Positions 13,573-26,164 of a stretch of DNA of 64,000 nt are shown here, piece after piece. Source of the stretch: Octopus sinensis (Eukaryota); contig NC_043005.1 of the NCBI RefSeq assembly GCF_006345805.1, positions 18,290,001 to 18,354,000 on the forward strand, in the 5' to 3' direction. The stretch's first letter is position 1; each line of letters starts with the position of its first letter. Position numbers and translations under genes: made by a program. A model generated the notes under the pieces. The model was not told the origin of the DNA, did not search any database, and saw nothing but the letters and a program-made list of their open reading frames with translations.

Positions 13573-13963
13573 TCTCTTTTACTTGCTTCAGTCATTTGAC
13601 TGCGGCCATGCTGGAGCACCGCCTTTAATCGAGCAAATCGACCCCAGGACTTATTCTTTGTAAGTCCAGTACTTATTCTATCGGTCTCTTTTTGCCGAAC
13701 CGCTAGGTGACGGGGACGTAAACACACCAGCATCGGTTGTCAAGCATGCTAGGGGGACAAACACACACACACAAACACACACACATATATTTATATATAC
13801 ATATATACGACAGGCTTCTTTCAGTTTCCGTCTACCAAATCCATTCACAAGGCATCGGTCGGCCCGACGCTATAGCAGAAGACACTTGCCCAAGGTGCCA
13901 CGCAGTGGGACTGAACCCGGAACCATGTGGTTGGTTAGCAAGCTACTTACCACACAGCCACTC
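13573..13963 (-). mobile_element. SINE family B
   Basis: Matches family B. Confidence 0.88.
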
Positions 13964-14249
13964 AAATATATATATATATTTGAAAGTATCCAGATCTATT
14001 TCTTTAATTGTGAGAATTTCAGTTAATAGCATAGTAATATAATTTTTCTATTTATAGAATAATATTTATTTTTATATTTTTTAGGTGTAATGGTCTTATT
14101 TGTTAACAGTTTGGGTCATTATATACATTTCTTATTAAATCAATGATATGTGCTTTTCTTACATTTTAATGTCGTTATGATTCCCTATGTATCACTTGTA
14201 TGGTGCTGTTTTAACGAAAGATTGTTCTCAGTTGGTAAGAGTACATTTA

Positions 14250-14480
14250 GGCGGCGAGCTGGCAGAAACGTTAGCATGTCGGGCGAAATGCTTAGCGGTA
14301 TTTCGTCTGCCGTTACGTTGTGAGTTCAAATTCCGCCGAGGTCGACTTTACCTTTCATCCTTTCGGGGTCGATAAATTAAGTACCAGTTACGCACTGGGG
14401 TCGATGTAATCGACTTAATCTGTTTGTCTGTCCTTGTTTGTCCCTTCTATGTTTAGCCGCTTGTAGGTAATAAAGAAATG
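14250..14480 (+). mobile_element. SINE family A with 15-bp TSD
   Basis: GGTAAGAGTACATTT at 14234-14248 and 14481-14495. Confidence 0.92.
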
Positions 14481-14593
14481 GGTAAGAGTACATTTCACTT
14501 TACGAAATGCGCCTTTGTTTATTTTAATTGATTTTAATTTTACCACAGGTTATTTATCTAAATATAATTTATTTAAAATTTATCAAATATTTA

Positions 14594-15000
14594 GGCGTAG
14601 GAGTGGCTGTGTGGTAAGTAGTTTGCTTACCAACCATATAGTTCCGGGTTCAGTTGCACTGTGTAGCACCTTGGGCAGCTGTCTTCTGCTATAGCTTCGG
14701 GTCGACCAAAGCTTTGTGAGTGGATTTGGTAGACGGAAACTGAAAGAAGTCCGTCGTATATATGTATATGCATATATCTGTATGTGTATATATGTTGTGT
14801 ACCTGTGTTTGTCCCCCCAACATCGCTTGACAACCGATGCTGGTGTGTTTACGCCCCCGTAACTTAGCGGTTCGGCAACAGAGACCGATAGAATAAGTAC
14901 TAGGCATACAAAGTATAAGTCCTGGGGTCGATTTGCTCGACTAAAGGCGGTGCTCCAGCATGGCCGCAATCAAATGACCGAAACAAGTAAAAGAGTAAAT
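14594..15000 (+). mobile_element. SINE family B, full length
   Basis: Runs from the head GGCGTAGGAGTGGCTGTGTGG to the tail AAAAGAGTAAA. Confidence 0.9.
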
Positions 15001-15013
15001 ATATATTTACGGC

Positions 15014-15344
15014 GATGTACTCGCATAGCAAGTAATTTGATCTGAGATCGTGTGCTGAAACGAAAACAATTGCAGCGTGGAAGGTGTTTGTAAGCCATTT
15101 AAGAAACACACAAAAGCCGTTCGACTCACTTCAACATTTAAGTTTAATTTGTCAAAATATTTTCGTCGCTAAAATCCGCGACCTGTTCACTGACAAAAAT
15201 CCGTGCTGCAGAGATGTCAGTGAACAGGTCGCGGATTTTAGCGACGAAAATATTTTGACAAATTAAACTTAAATGTTGAAGTGAATCGAACGGCTTTTGT
15301 GTTTCTTAAATGGCTTACAAACACCTTCCACGCTGCAATTGTTT
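15014..15344. repeat. 197-bp repeat plus inverted duplication (~131-bp arms, 19-nt loop)
   Basis: 15064-15195 is the reverse complement of 15215-15344, differing by one substitution and one CA unit. Confidence 0.92.
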
Positions 15345-15750
15345 AATATATATTTATATATTCATATATTTAATTTGTTCTTTTGACAAGCATATAGGGA
15401 GTGGAGTGACAACCAGTCAAATGTTTATGCTCTACGGTAGCTCACTCTTTCCGTCAAATTAACATTGTCTGTATAGCTGCATAGCGCGCCACACGTCAGA
15501 TCCGGAAGACATCGCAGAGAAACAGGAAATGATGTTTCGCTCAAGAACACGAAAAACGCCCGGTCAGAGAACCGTAACCACACGCCTCCACCGTCTCCTG
15601 CAGACACACACACACACACACAAGCGCGCGCACCCTCAGAGGCCCATACATTAACGCACACGCCCGTATATAAATACATGTTTGTGTGTATTGTGTGTGT
15701 TGGTGAGTTACCAAATGTACATAAGTATTGGTGTTTCTCACGAAACGTAC

Positions 15751-15852
15751 CTTCACCGTTTTTTGTCTGCCTCTCTTACCCTCACTATCACTCTCTTTAT
15801 CTCCATCTGAACTTAATTGATTCGTATGATATCGGATCGACATCGTTGACAT
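15751..15852 (-). CDS. Possible first coding exon of an unidentified gene (MSTMSIRYHTNQLSSDGDKESDSEGKRGRQKTVK)
   Basis: ATG at 15852, 34 codons, phase-0 donor-like AAG|GTACGT, and TATAAATA ~230 bp upstream in non-repetitive, CpG-richer DNA. No homology recognised. Confidence 0.25.
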
Positions 15853-16081
15853 CAACTAACTCCTGCACTACACTTGTCCACAATGGTTCGCGGTGGTAAA
15901 ATGATCTGTTATCACCAACATAACATTGATACCTCGTGACAATCTCGCATAAATCAAGCAGCCCTCTTCTACTAACCGCTAGGTGTCAAATGACAAGAAA
16001 AATACACGTCTCCAGACTGCTCAGCACAGCCATACAACAACACCTTAAGTTGTTTACGTCACGAAGCTGTCACTGTTTATA

Positions 16082-16089
16082 TATTTATA
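16082..16089 (-). promoter_or_regulatory. TATA-box candidate
   Basis: TATAAATA on minus, with GTGACGTAA ~25 nt downstream. Confidence 0.2.
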
Positions 16090-16653
16090 GATTCAAATTG
16101 ATATATTAACATTTAACATGACAATCAAGGAGAAACAAACAAAAATAAGCGCGGGAGACCCTTCCATGTTCGTTGCAACTGGTCACGTTCTGCAGTCTAA
16201 ATAACGGAATGTCACGTTAACTTATATAGCTCTAGAATTATTTGAAAAAAGGATGATCTCAGACATAATGCCTTTGATCACAGACAGGTTTGCCCGTCCA
16301 TGGGCTAAACATTAGCATAAACGACAGCCTCCGATACAGAAGCGTAGTAGATAGTATTAGGGTTGTTGGGGGTTGATATATTTATTATTTCTTTTGTTAT
16401 TTCTCTTTTTGTCTTTTTCTATCTACTATATGCATGTGTGTGTTTGTGCGTGTATACATACATACATACACACACAATTTCGCACATACATACATATATG
16501 AATATATATATGCATTTAAATATACATATATGTGTGTGTATGTATGCACATATGTATATGTGTATATACACACACACATATATATATATATGTATATGTA
16601 TACATGTATATATGTATATACGCATATATATACATCTCTCTCTCACACACTAT

Positions 16654-16687
<34 letters not shown>

Positions 16688-17253
16688 CTAGGGTGAGTCA
16701 AAAAGTAATGCCATTTTGTTTAGGACAGGTATAATTACCAACAGAGGAACATGTATCATACATCAAAGTGAAGCTGTTCCTCTGTGGATCAAATTCCTAC
16801 TTCTGAACATAGTCACCGTTTCTCTCAATAGCAATGTTCCACCTTCGAATGGGAGTATGTATCCCTGTCCTGTAACATTCTGTTGACTGTTCTTTGAGCC
16901 ACTTCTTCACGACAGTTTTCACTTCCTCGTCACTGAACTATCATCGTCACTGGATTATCATCTCTTCGGCCCCATGAAATAGGGATTGAGAGGCAAATAT
17001 TATTCAAGTGACGTGGAAGTGAAAACTGTAGTGAAGAAGTTGCTCAAAGTACAGTTAACAAAATTTTATGGAGCAGGGTTACATGCTCTCATTCGAAGGC
17101 GGAACATTGCTATTGAGAGAAGCGTTGACTATGCTAAGAAGTAGGGATGTGATCCTCAGAAGACCAGCTTCATTTTGATGTTTGATGCATGTTCCTGTGT
17201 TGGTAATTATACCCGTCCTAAACCAAATGGCATTACTTTTTAATTCACCCTCA
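16688..17253. mobile_element. Mariner-derived MITE made of two inverted 3' ends
   Basis: The right arm encodes DYHLFGPMK*GLRGK...IRRRNIAIER; the left arm is its diverged reverse complement; both ends carry the GGGTGA.TCAAAAAGTAATGCCA TIR. Confidence 0.85.
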
Positions 17254-17943
17254 GCCTCAGGAAGACATCTCCTCAAACTGGCTAACGGCACACAGTTTGT
17301 GTCTGATTAGTATTTGCATGGGAGGTCCTCGCACCCATCTCTAATCTTATGTGATACACACGGACTTGAGTTTCTGGGTGGTTACCCGTCCTCAGCGTGT
17401 GTTAATCACTAGCTAGTGATGAAAGTTCATTCCATTCACAAATTACTTTCCACTTTAGTAGCGACTCACTGTCGCTGATCTCATAGAAGGGAGTGAATGT
17501 TATATTAAATCGCTGGGGCAGAAGTAGCTGTGTGGTAAGTAACTTGCTTCCCACGAGGCTTTAAAACTTCCCATGATTTTTTGTTGTCGGTGTGCGCATG
17601 TGCCATTGTGTTGTGCATTGAAGAAGTCACGTCTTTCGTGAAATATTGAACTTTGTGTCTCGACTACAGGTAGGCGTTTGTTGTATTTTTTGAGGGCTTA
17701 GTGGAGTTTGTTATCCTGTAATCAATATTTGTTTGGTGAGCAACAGTCTCCACACTGCTCCAGACATTTGCTTGCCTGTGGTTGTGCGTAAAGACTCACT
17801 TTGCTGTGAGAATTGTGTTTTTAACGAGGCTTGGGGATAGCAGGCGCAGGCTCTTAAATGAAAGAGTGACGCCTGCGGTGAACTGGGAGGGTGCAAAGGC
17901 AAATTTGACCCTGTGGACTCCAGTGGTCAATTCGATGAAATAA

Positions 17944-18081
17944 AGTAGCTTGCTTACCAAGCAAATACCTCTAGATTCTGTCCCACTGCATTGCACCTCG
18001 GGCAAGTGTCTTCTACTATATCTTCGGGCAACCAAAGCCTTGTGAGTGGATTTGGTAGACGGAAACTGAAAGAAGGCCGTC

Positions 18082-18131
<50 letters not shown>

Positions 18132-18295
18132 GTGTGCGAGTTTGTCCCCCTACAATCGCTTGACAACCGATGTTGGTATGATTACGTCCCATAAAGTACT
18201 AAGCTTACCAAGAATAAATCCTAAGATCGTTTTATTCGACTAAAGGCCGTACTCCAGCTTGGCCGCAGTCAAATGACTGAAACACATGAAAAGAA
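17944..18295 (+). mobile_element. SINE family B, degenerate
   Basis: Matches the family B body and tail. Confidence 0.8.
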
Positions 18296-19329
18296 AGAAT
18301 ATGTACACACACATACACACACACATATATATATATATATTATACATACAATTAATATACACACCTAATTACAATATTGGTGTGTGTATGTGATATTCCT
18401 AATGTGCATGTAAACTTGTAATGGCATTAGCTGTGGAGGATATCTTGAAGAAGAGACTTATGTGTTAAAGCAAAAGTCTTAACTCAAACACCGACGGATT
18501 GCCAGGTACAGTGTTTCGATCTGATCTAGTCTTTTTATTGACTAGTCATCCGGATGTTCTGATGTAAGCCGAAAATTCTTATCCCGATCTAGAAATCTGT
18601 GAACACATCATTTGTTTACCGATTTGTTCCCCATCAGGTAAAGTGACTGGTATTCCTTGTATATCGTTCGACCACCCAGACGTTCCATCTTCAGATTGTA
18701 AATTTTCATAGGCGATCCGATAGCACGCAGTTAAAATTTTGACAAATCAACTGAGTAAATAACCAAAACTAAACTAAGAAAAATTAATTAAAGGGGAAAT
18801 AAATGTAGATCATTCATCTCTCCAGTGGCGAGGGAAGGAGTTCTCACGTATAGTTTGAATTCGTTAGAAATATCAACGAAATCTGTCTTACGAAAAGATT
18901 TACATAGAAGACATCCTACTTCCAGATATATTATACCAGAAAAGAAAAAGCGCTGTGGGGTTGGCTACGTTTGGTTAGTTGCTCTATCATGTCTAATCAG
19001 AGGAAGAGAGATAACGACGACGACGACAACAACAACAGCAGCCACAACAAAACACCACAACTCGCATCTTCCTGTCGTTTCTATGGAACATATAGATTTA
19101 TTATGAATTTGTAGATTTGGTGCGATGTAAGATAAGATTTCTGAAATCAAATCTTGCAGAGATCCGCTTTGCCCTTGGTCTTTCTACTCTTGGTAAAGCA
19201 AGTAGTGGACTAATATACGAGCAATAGTTGAGAAAATTAGATTGGTATGAACATTACAGAAATAATATAATAATAATATATAGAGTACCGTGGAAAAGTC
19301 TTCTGCTAAATACATCCAGTTGCTGAAGA

Positions 19330-19945
19330 ATATTTTGATACATGACTTGGATACAGGTGAAATTTTTAGCAGAAAATTCCACACAATCTTGAAGAGTTGT
19401 GGGAACTTAGCCACAGAGAATGGGATCTCAAATCCGTGAAGATGAAAGATTTGTACGCATCTCTTCTCAGGCGCATTGAAGCAATTATTCAAGCTAAGGG
19501 AAGCCACACGAAATATTAACAATCTACAGTAACATCTTGAAATGAACATTATGTAATAAATTTTCATTATAGATTTTTTTTCTATTTTAAAGCACTATAT
19601 TTCGATTGCTTCGTGTGAGGTGGCCGAAAACTTTTACACATCTTCAACGCTTATCTAGAACCTCTACTACAAACTATAATGTTTAGGTATGGAAATGACT
19701 CCAACAGAGCCAATGTTTCATCTGTAAAAAACGCAATGCGAACGTCCACTTAAGAAAGATAGATATTAGATATATCTAATTATGTGTAAAATATCTAGTC
19801 TGAACGTTTTGTTAATCTTCTGTAATAAATATTTCAATACACTTGTTCTTAATGAACCATATATCATGACCACTACTGTATAAGTTGGCTTTATCTAAAA
19901 AAATTACAATAGTTTAGTGGCCGAAAATCTTGTTCACAGTACTGT
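19330..19945 (+). mobile_element. Tc1-family transposase 3' remnant
   Basis: NLEELWEL...SLLRRIEAIIQAKGSHTKY*; TIR-like CCGAAAATCTTGTTCACAGTACTGTA near 19920-19945. Confidence 0.65.
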
Positions 19946-20137
19946 AATCAATTAAGATGCTGGACTCTTTACATCAATTCCCTAATTTTTGTTCCAGCAT
20001 CTTAGTTAACGACATACAAATATATATATTGTTTAATTGCTTAATGACCATACAAATCAAATATTATCAATTATCTATCTTCCATAGATTGTATATATAA
20101 ATTATAATTTTGTATGTTTACGCAGAGTTGAAATATT

Positions 20138-20710
20138 TTTTTCTTTTCAAGGCACAAAGCCCGAAATTTTGGGGGAGGGGTCAGAGTCGATTAGATCGAC
20201 CCCAGTATGCAACCGGTACTTACATAATGTATCGACCCCGAACTCAGAACATAGCGGAATTTGAACTCAGAACATAGCGGCAGACGAAATACCTATTTCT
20301 TTACTGCCCATAAGGGGCTACACACAGAGGGGACAAACAAGGACAGACAAACAGATTAAGTCGATTACATCGACCCCAGTGCGTATCTGGTACTTAATTT
20401 ATCGACCCCGAAAGGATGAAAGGCAAAGTCGACCTTGGCGGAATTTGAGCTCAGAACTCTAACGGCAGACGAAATACCTATTTCTTTATTACCCACAAGG
20501 GGCTAAACACAGAGCGGACAAACAAGGACAGACATAGGTATTAAGTCGATTACATCGACCCCAGTGCGTAACTGGTACTTAATTTTTCGACCACGAAAGG
20601 ATGAAAGGCAAAGTCGACCTCGGCGGAATTTGAACTCACAACGTAACGCAGACGAAATACCGCTAACCATTTCGGCCGGCGTGCTAAAGTTTCTGCTAGC
20701 TCACCGCCTT
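20138..20710 (-). mobile_element. Head-to-tail trimer of SINE family A
   Basis: One full copy plus two head-less units, joined at AAAGAAATA|GGTATTTCG (20478/9 and 20293/4); 15-bp flanking repeat CAGA(G/A)TTGAAATATT at 20123 and 20712. Confidence 0.85.
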
Positions 20711-21233
20711 ACAGAATTGAAATATTATTTTATACTCTAGACACAAGGCTCGAACATTTTTGGGAGGAAGCCAGCCGATTAGAGCGATGCTAGTACGCAA
20801 CTGGTACTTAATTTATCGACCCAGAAAGGATGAAAGGCAAAGACGACCGCGGCGGAAACAGAGTTGAAATATTAGTATAACTATGATATTCTAGTGACCT
20901 GAGGATCTAGACATCTATATCTGCACTGATTTGTAAATGCACTATTATATTGTGTCTTGTATATGCATCATTATTTGTGCAGGTGTGTAAAATATGTGAA
21001 AGGACTTACACACTGAAATCATTATTACATCATTAAGGCTGCGACACGGCCGAACACATGCGGATATCATATGGTTAAATAATTTATTCACTTCCCATAT
21101 CTCCTGAGTTTTTTATGGTGTACATATGTGTATGTGTACGTATATGTGTGTGTGTGTGAGAGTGTGTGCGGTGGGGCTTGTGTGTCTATGTTGCATAGCA
21201 TACACGTACGTATGCGAGCTTGTGTGTATGTAT

Positions 21234-21301
<68 letters not shown>

Positions 21302-21447
21302 CATATATACATATGTATATATATATGGACATATATATGTATATGTATGTGTATATGAGTGTACCTGTGTGTGTAACTGTGTTTGATGGGCCCTGTGCGT
21401 CTGTGTAGAGTACACATACATACGTATGCATGCTTGCGTGTATGTAT

Positions 21448-21499
<52 letters not shown>

Positions 21500-21728
21500 A
21501 TATATATATATATATTATATATATATATAAATTAATAAATAAATAAAACATATGCATATATACATACATATATGTACGTACCTACCTACATATATGGGTA
21601 CAGGACACCAAAAAAAAAAAAACGTCGAACACAATGAGAAACGAAAACATAAACACAAAATTAAGGAAATGGACATTTTTCTTAAACAACGAAAAAAATA
21701 GAGTACAGGACATACAAAACAAGGAAAA

Positions 21729-21803
21729 TTCCCCTTCTTCAGTCGCCTTTGCTTCATCTACTCCACGTTTCAAAGGTTAAGGCGATACATGACTTTCATG
21801 GAA
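21729..21803 (-). ncRNA. Candidate type II (circularly permuted) hammerhead, copy 1
   Basis: TTCCAT-GAAA-GTCATG-TA-TCGCCTT-(29 nt)-AAGGCGA-CTGAAGA-AGGGGAA; stem I 7 bp, stem II 5 of 6 pairs, stem III poor. Confidence 0.4.
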
Positions 21804-22523
21804 CAATCCTTCCCGCGAAAATCAAATTAAATAAAATTTAATTTTTTTGCGGAGGGGTAAAAATGGTAACAAACACAGGACAGTAACGACAGTACAAAAT
21901 ATAAACAGTAAAAGACAGGACAAGGAGAATAACAGTAACACAAACAAGAAGGGCTGTTAAGCCGAACGAAATAAAAATTTTTACGAACGCTATTTTTTGA
22001 GAACGGCGAGGGAGCAACAGATGTGCCGTCTCTACTTGAAGGTAGCCAGGACAGAAAGTCAGTAGCAGAGTTCTCGTCGCGGGTCAACGACGGGAGGAAG
22101 GAGGAAGAGTAAGAGAAAGGGAGCGAAAAAAAGGGAATGGTTGTAGAGAAAAGAATGAAGAATGAGAGAGAGAGAGGGAGAGACAGTAAGGTAGAAGAAA
22201 AGGAAAGCCAAAAGAATGAAGGCTGAGAAAGGGAGGGGGAGAGAAAGGTTAAGAGTGCGCATCATTTTTAATATTAAGAACAATCTTACTTAGAAATGGA
22301 TGCGTGCGTTCCGTCATATAATAAATAATAAATAAATAAATAAAACATATGCATATATACATACATATATGTACGTACCTACCTACATATATGGTACAGG
22401 ACACCAAAAAAAAAAAAACGTCGAACACAATGAGAAACGAAAACATAAACACAAAATTAAGGAATGGACATTTTTCTTAAACAACGAAAAAAATAGAGTA
22501 CAGGACATACAAAACAAGGAAAA

Positions 22524-22598
22524 TTCCCCTTCTTCAGTCGCCTTTGCTTCATCTACTCCACGTTTCAAAGGTTAAGGCGATACATGACTTTCATGGAA
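22524..22598 (-). ncRNA. Candidate type II hammerhead, copy 2
   Basis: Identical motif in the second tandem unit. Confidence 0.4.
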
Positions 22599-23235
22599 CA
22601 ATCCTTCCCGCGAAAATCAAATTAAATAAAATTTAATTTTTTTGCGGAGGGGTAAAAATGGTAACAAACACAGGACAGTAACGACAGTACAAAATATAAA
22701 CAGTAAAAGACAGGACAAGGAGAATAACAGTAACACAAACAAGAAGGGCTGTTAAGCCGAACGAAATAAAAATTTTTACGAACGCTATTTTTTGAGAACG
22801 GCGAGGGAGCAACAGATGTGCCGTCTCTACTTGAAGGTAGCCAGGACAGAAAGACAGTAGCAGAGTTCTCGTCGCGGGTCAACGACGGGAGGAAGGAGGA
22901 AGAGTAAGAGAAAGGGAGCGAAAAAAAGGGAATGGTTGTAGAGAAAAGAATGAAGAATGAGAGAGAGAGAAGGAGCGACAGTAAGGTAGAAGAAAAGGAA
23001 AGCCAAAGGAATGAAGGCTGAGAAAGGGAGGGGGAGAGAAAGGTTAAGAGTGCGCATCATTATTAATATTAAGAACAATCTTACTTAGAAATGGATGCGT
23101 GCGTTCCGTCATATAATAAATTAATAAATAAATAAAACATATGCATATATACATACATATATGTACGTACCTACCTCTACATGTATATATACATGCATAT
23201 ATGGGTATATATACATGTATATATATGTGGACATA

Positions 23236-23271
<36 letters not shown>

Positions 23272-23751
23272 TCTATGTATTTATGTATGTATGAATGTGT
23301 GCATATGTATATGTATATACAATTGCATGTATAAAATTCAGAATTAATTGCCATCATTTCTTTAAACCTGATTAATTCGTGTTTTACATTAAGTGTTCAG
23401 CGGAATAAGCAGGATAATTGCTGTTGGAAATTTCATGAAATTCAACAAAGAAAACTTTAATATTTGAAATCTTCGCAAATCTATTGTGATGCAGATATAG
23501 AAGTGAAACAGCATATTCCCCAACGTACGCATATGTATATGAGTGTCGGTGTACGTGGATATGGCTATATGGGTATATGTGGCGTATTTGTTCGGGTCTA
23601 TGAGTGGTGCGCGCCAAATATATTTCTCTGTTAATTCCTGTTACATTTTACCAGTTTATTATTCTTGAATTATACATGTATTTATTTATTTCTTAATTAA
23701 TATTTATTTCGGTTAAATATCATGAGAAGGAAAGTTTATTAAAATCTATCT

Positions 23752-23752
23752 T

Positions 23753-23840
<88 letters not shown>

Positions 23841-23841
23841 G

Positions 23842-23884
<43 letters not shown>

Positions 23885-23888
23885 TCTA

Positions 23889-23922
<34 letters not shown>

Positions 23923-24030
23923 CACCTTCTTATCTATCTATCTCTTTATCTAGCTATCTATCTAATTACTTATCTATCTACCTGTCTGTCGATCTATCTA
24001 TCTAACTATCTAACTACCTATCTATCTATT
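23752..24030. repeat. (TATC)n/(TGTC)n/(TA)n compound microsatellite
   Basis: Direct inspection. Confidence 0.92.
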
Positions 24031-24223
24031 TATCTATAATTTGCTCGCTAGATATGTTTAGGTTTTTCTATTACATGTACGACTCTCAGAGTTTTCTGTC
24101 CAGTCGGGCATTAATTTATCAAATATCACTCTCCTTTTCTTCTCATTTTCTTTCTCTCTTCTCTCTCTGTGAGTCGCTTCTGTCTCTCTGTCCGTCCCTC
24201 TCTCTCTCTCTCTCTCTCTCTCT

Positions 24224-24266
<43 letters not shown>

Positions 24267-26164
24267 ATATATATATATAGGTAGATAGTTATATAGATAT
24301 ATTTGTGTGTGTATGAAGATATATATATTTATACATAAATATTTGTGCATATATATATATATATATATTATATATATTATATATATATATATATATTATA
24401 TATATATATATATGTATTTGTGTTTGTGTGTGTGTGTCTCTCTGTGTGCTCGAGTGCGTGTGTACTAGCAATTTCCCCCATGTTGCTCACGGATAAAACT
24501 AGAAGTTTTTCTTTAAGTTGGTGTAAGTGGCTCAGTATTCTTGCTAATGATGTCTTATTCAGTTTATTAGCACACGATTACATGTCATTGTCAGGGAATA
24601 AACCACCCATGGAAGTAAATTCATTGTCATAGAAGATGGAGATGTGAATGCTGAGAGGATATTCAACAATGCAAATGCCATAACGTGAAAATGATATTAA
24701 TTATCGTGAAAAATCTCAACATATATGATATTAGCTGCTTTACATCGATCACAGACTTGGCAGTACTGGACAGAGCCATGTGAATCCCTCAGGTTATGTA
24801 ATGGTTTAGTGTTTACCAACAGTGTTTTAAATATTCATAAATAACAAGTGGTTGAAGATGTTTCTTCCTCTTGGGTATCTTTCTTAAAACTGATTATTCA
24901 CAAAACAATATTCCTGAAGATGAAATACGGCAACTATTACTAGTGGAATTGAGAGTACAATTGCATCCTATTATTTGGCGTAGCTATTATCAATGATTTT
25001 AACCTTCAACTCTTGTGCCAATATATAACTTCTGTTAATCTAAATTAAGAAGTAGCATTAGTGAGTATCAAGTCGGTGTGTTGGGGAAAGATGAAGGCTT
25101 CAGTAACTTCAAACATTCTACAAGCAAGGAAACTATTTAACCTCGTCCGGAACAGTATTTGCTGATCTGAAAAATTTTTCTTTTTCCAAGAAGTGCCTGT
25201 AACAGCTGCTAGTTGATGATGCCGACCTTAGGCGGTTTATATTTTTTGCATAAAATCTAGCATGGTAGTGAATGATGTCCCAATCTGAGGAACACTTTTA
25301 ATACCAACACGTTTGTCCTTTTAACTACTGCGATTATTGGAGCTTAATCTATGGCGTCATTGATGTCGGAAGAAAATATTCCCTGTTAAGCTTGTAACCT
25401 TTTGTTTTACTGATCATACTCTTGACTTCCAAAAGCATTGACTCTCATCTATGCATACAAGTTGAGGATTCTGAGTTTGGATTTCAATGGCTTTTGCTTC
25501 TTTTGAAGTCCCTAGCAAACAAAATTCCTCATGGGAAAGAAAGCTACATTTGGTCGCGAACGTAATTTGGACATTATTCACAAAATGTGACTTCCGTCCT
25601 AGATGAATGAAAATAGGTTGTTATACAATATTCAGATGTTTATGCATGTATCTGCACCGGCAACTGAGAGCATCAGCAACATAATCATTCGCAGTTCTGG
25701 AGTAATTAATTATTCTGCTAAAGTTAATAATTTGCAAGTTGATTTAGAGGTGAGGGTGGCAGAACAAAAAGGAAGCAATAAGGTGAGAGATGATGAAAAT
25801 GGGAGGGACACAGGGGGGAAAAAGAGATAGAGAGAGAAAGAGAGAGAGAAGGAGACATACAGATAGAAAAGGCGAGTGAGTGAGTCAGGGAGAAATAGAT
25901 AGTAATATAAAAAAAGAGTGGGAGGAATGAAGCGAAAGAATAGGAAATACTGATGTGGTGGGTGCAGAAGCAACTCTCATTTATAGTTAGTAATAATATT
26001 CTACAATAGATCTGTTGATCTTAATGAGAACGTGATGTCTTGGAAAAGCTATATCCACATAGATCTATGTGCTTCGTGGCACACAGATCCATAGGCGTTT
26101 GCGAGGTTTATTCAGAGAACTCACTAGCGTTGTATATACGTGTATATATATATATATATATAAA

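Larger units (their letters stand above)
21530..23180 (-). repeat. Tandem duplication, ~795-bp unit, ~2.06 copies
   Basis: Anchor CATATGC at 21549, 22346 and 23138; the units differ by a few substitutions and indels. Confidence 0.92.

Noticed and set aside
14250-14340. SINE heads as tRNA genes (also 46380-46452 and others)
   Set aside because: A/B boxes are present, but no complete cloverleaf is evident and each continues into a SINE body.
10130-14495. SINE A target preference for GGTA
   Set aside because: Two TSDs start with (A)GGTA, but those at 12221 and 56527 do not; too few cases.
15042-15062. CTGAGATCGTGTGCTGAAACG as a hammerhead
   Set aside because: Position 7 is missing and there are no supporting stems or UH site.
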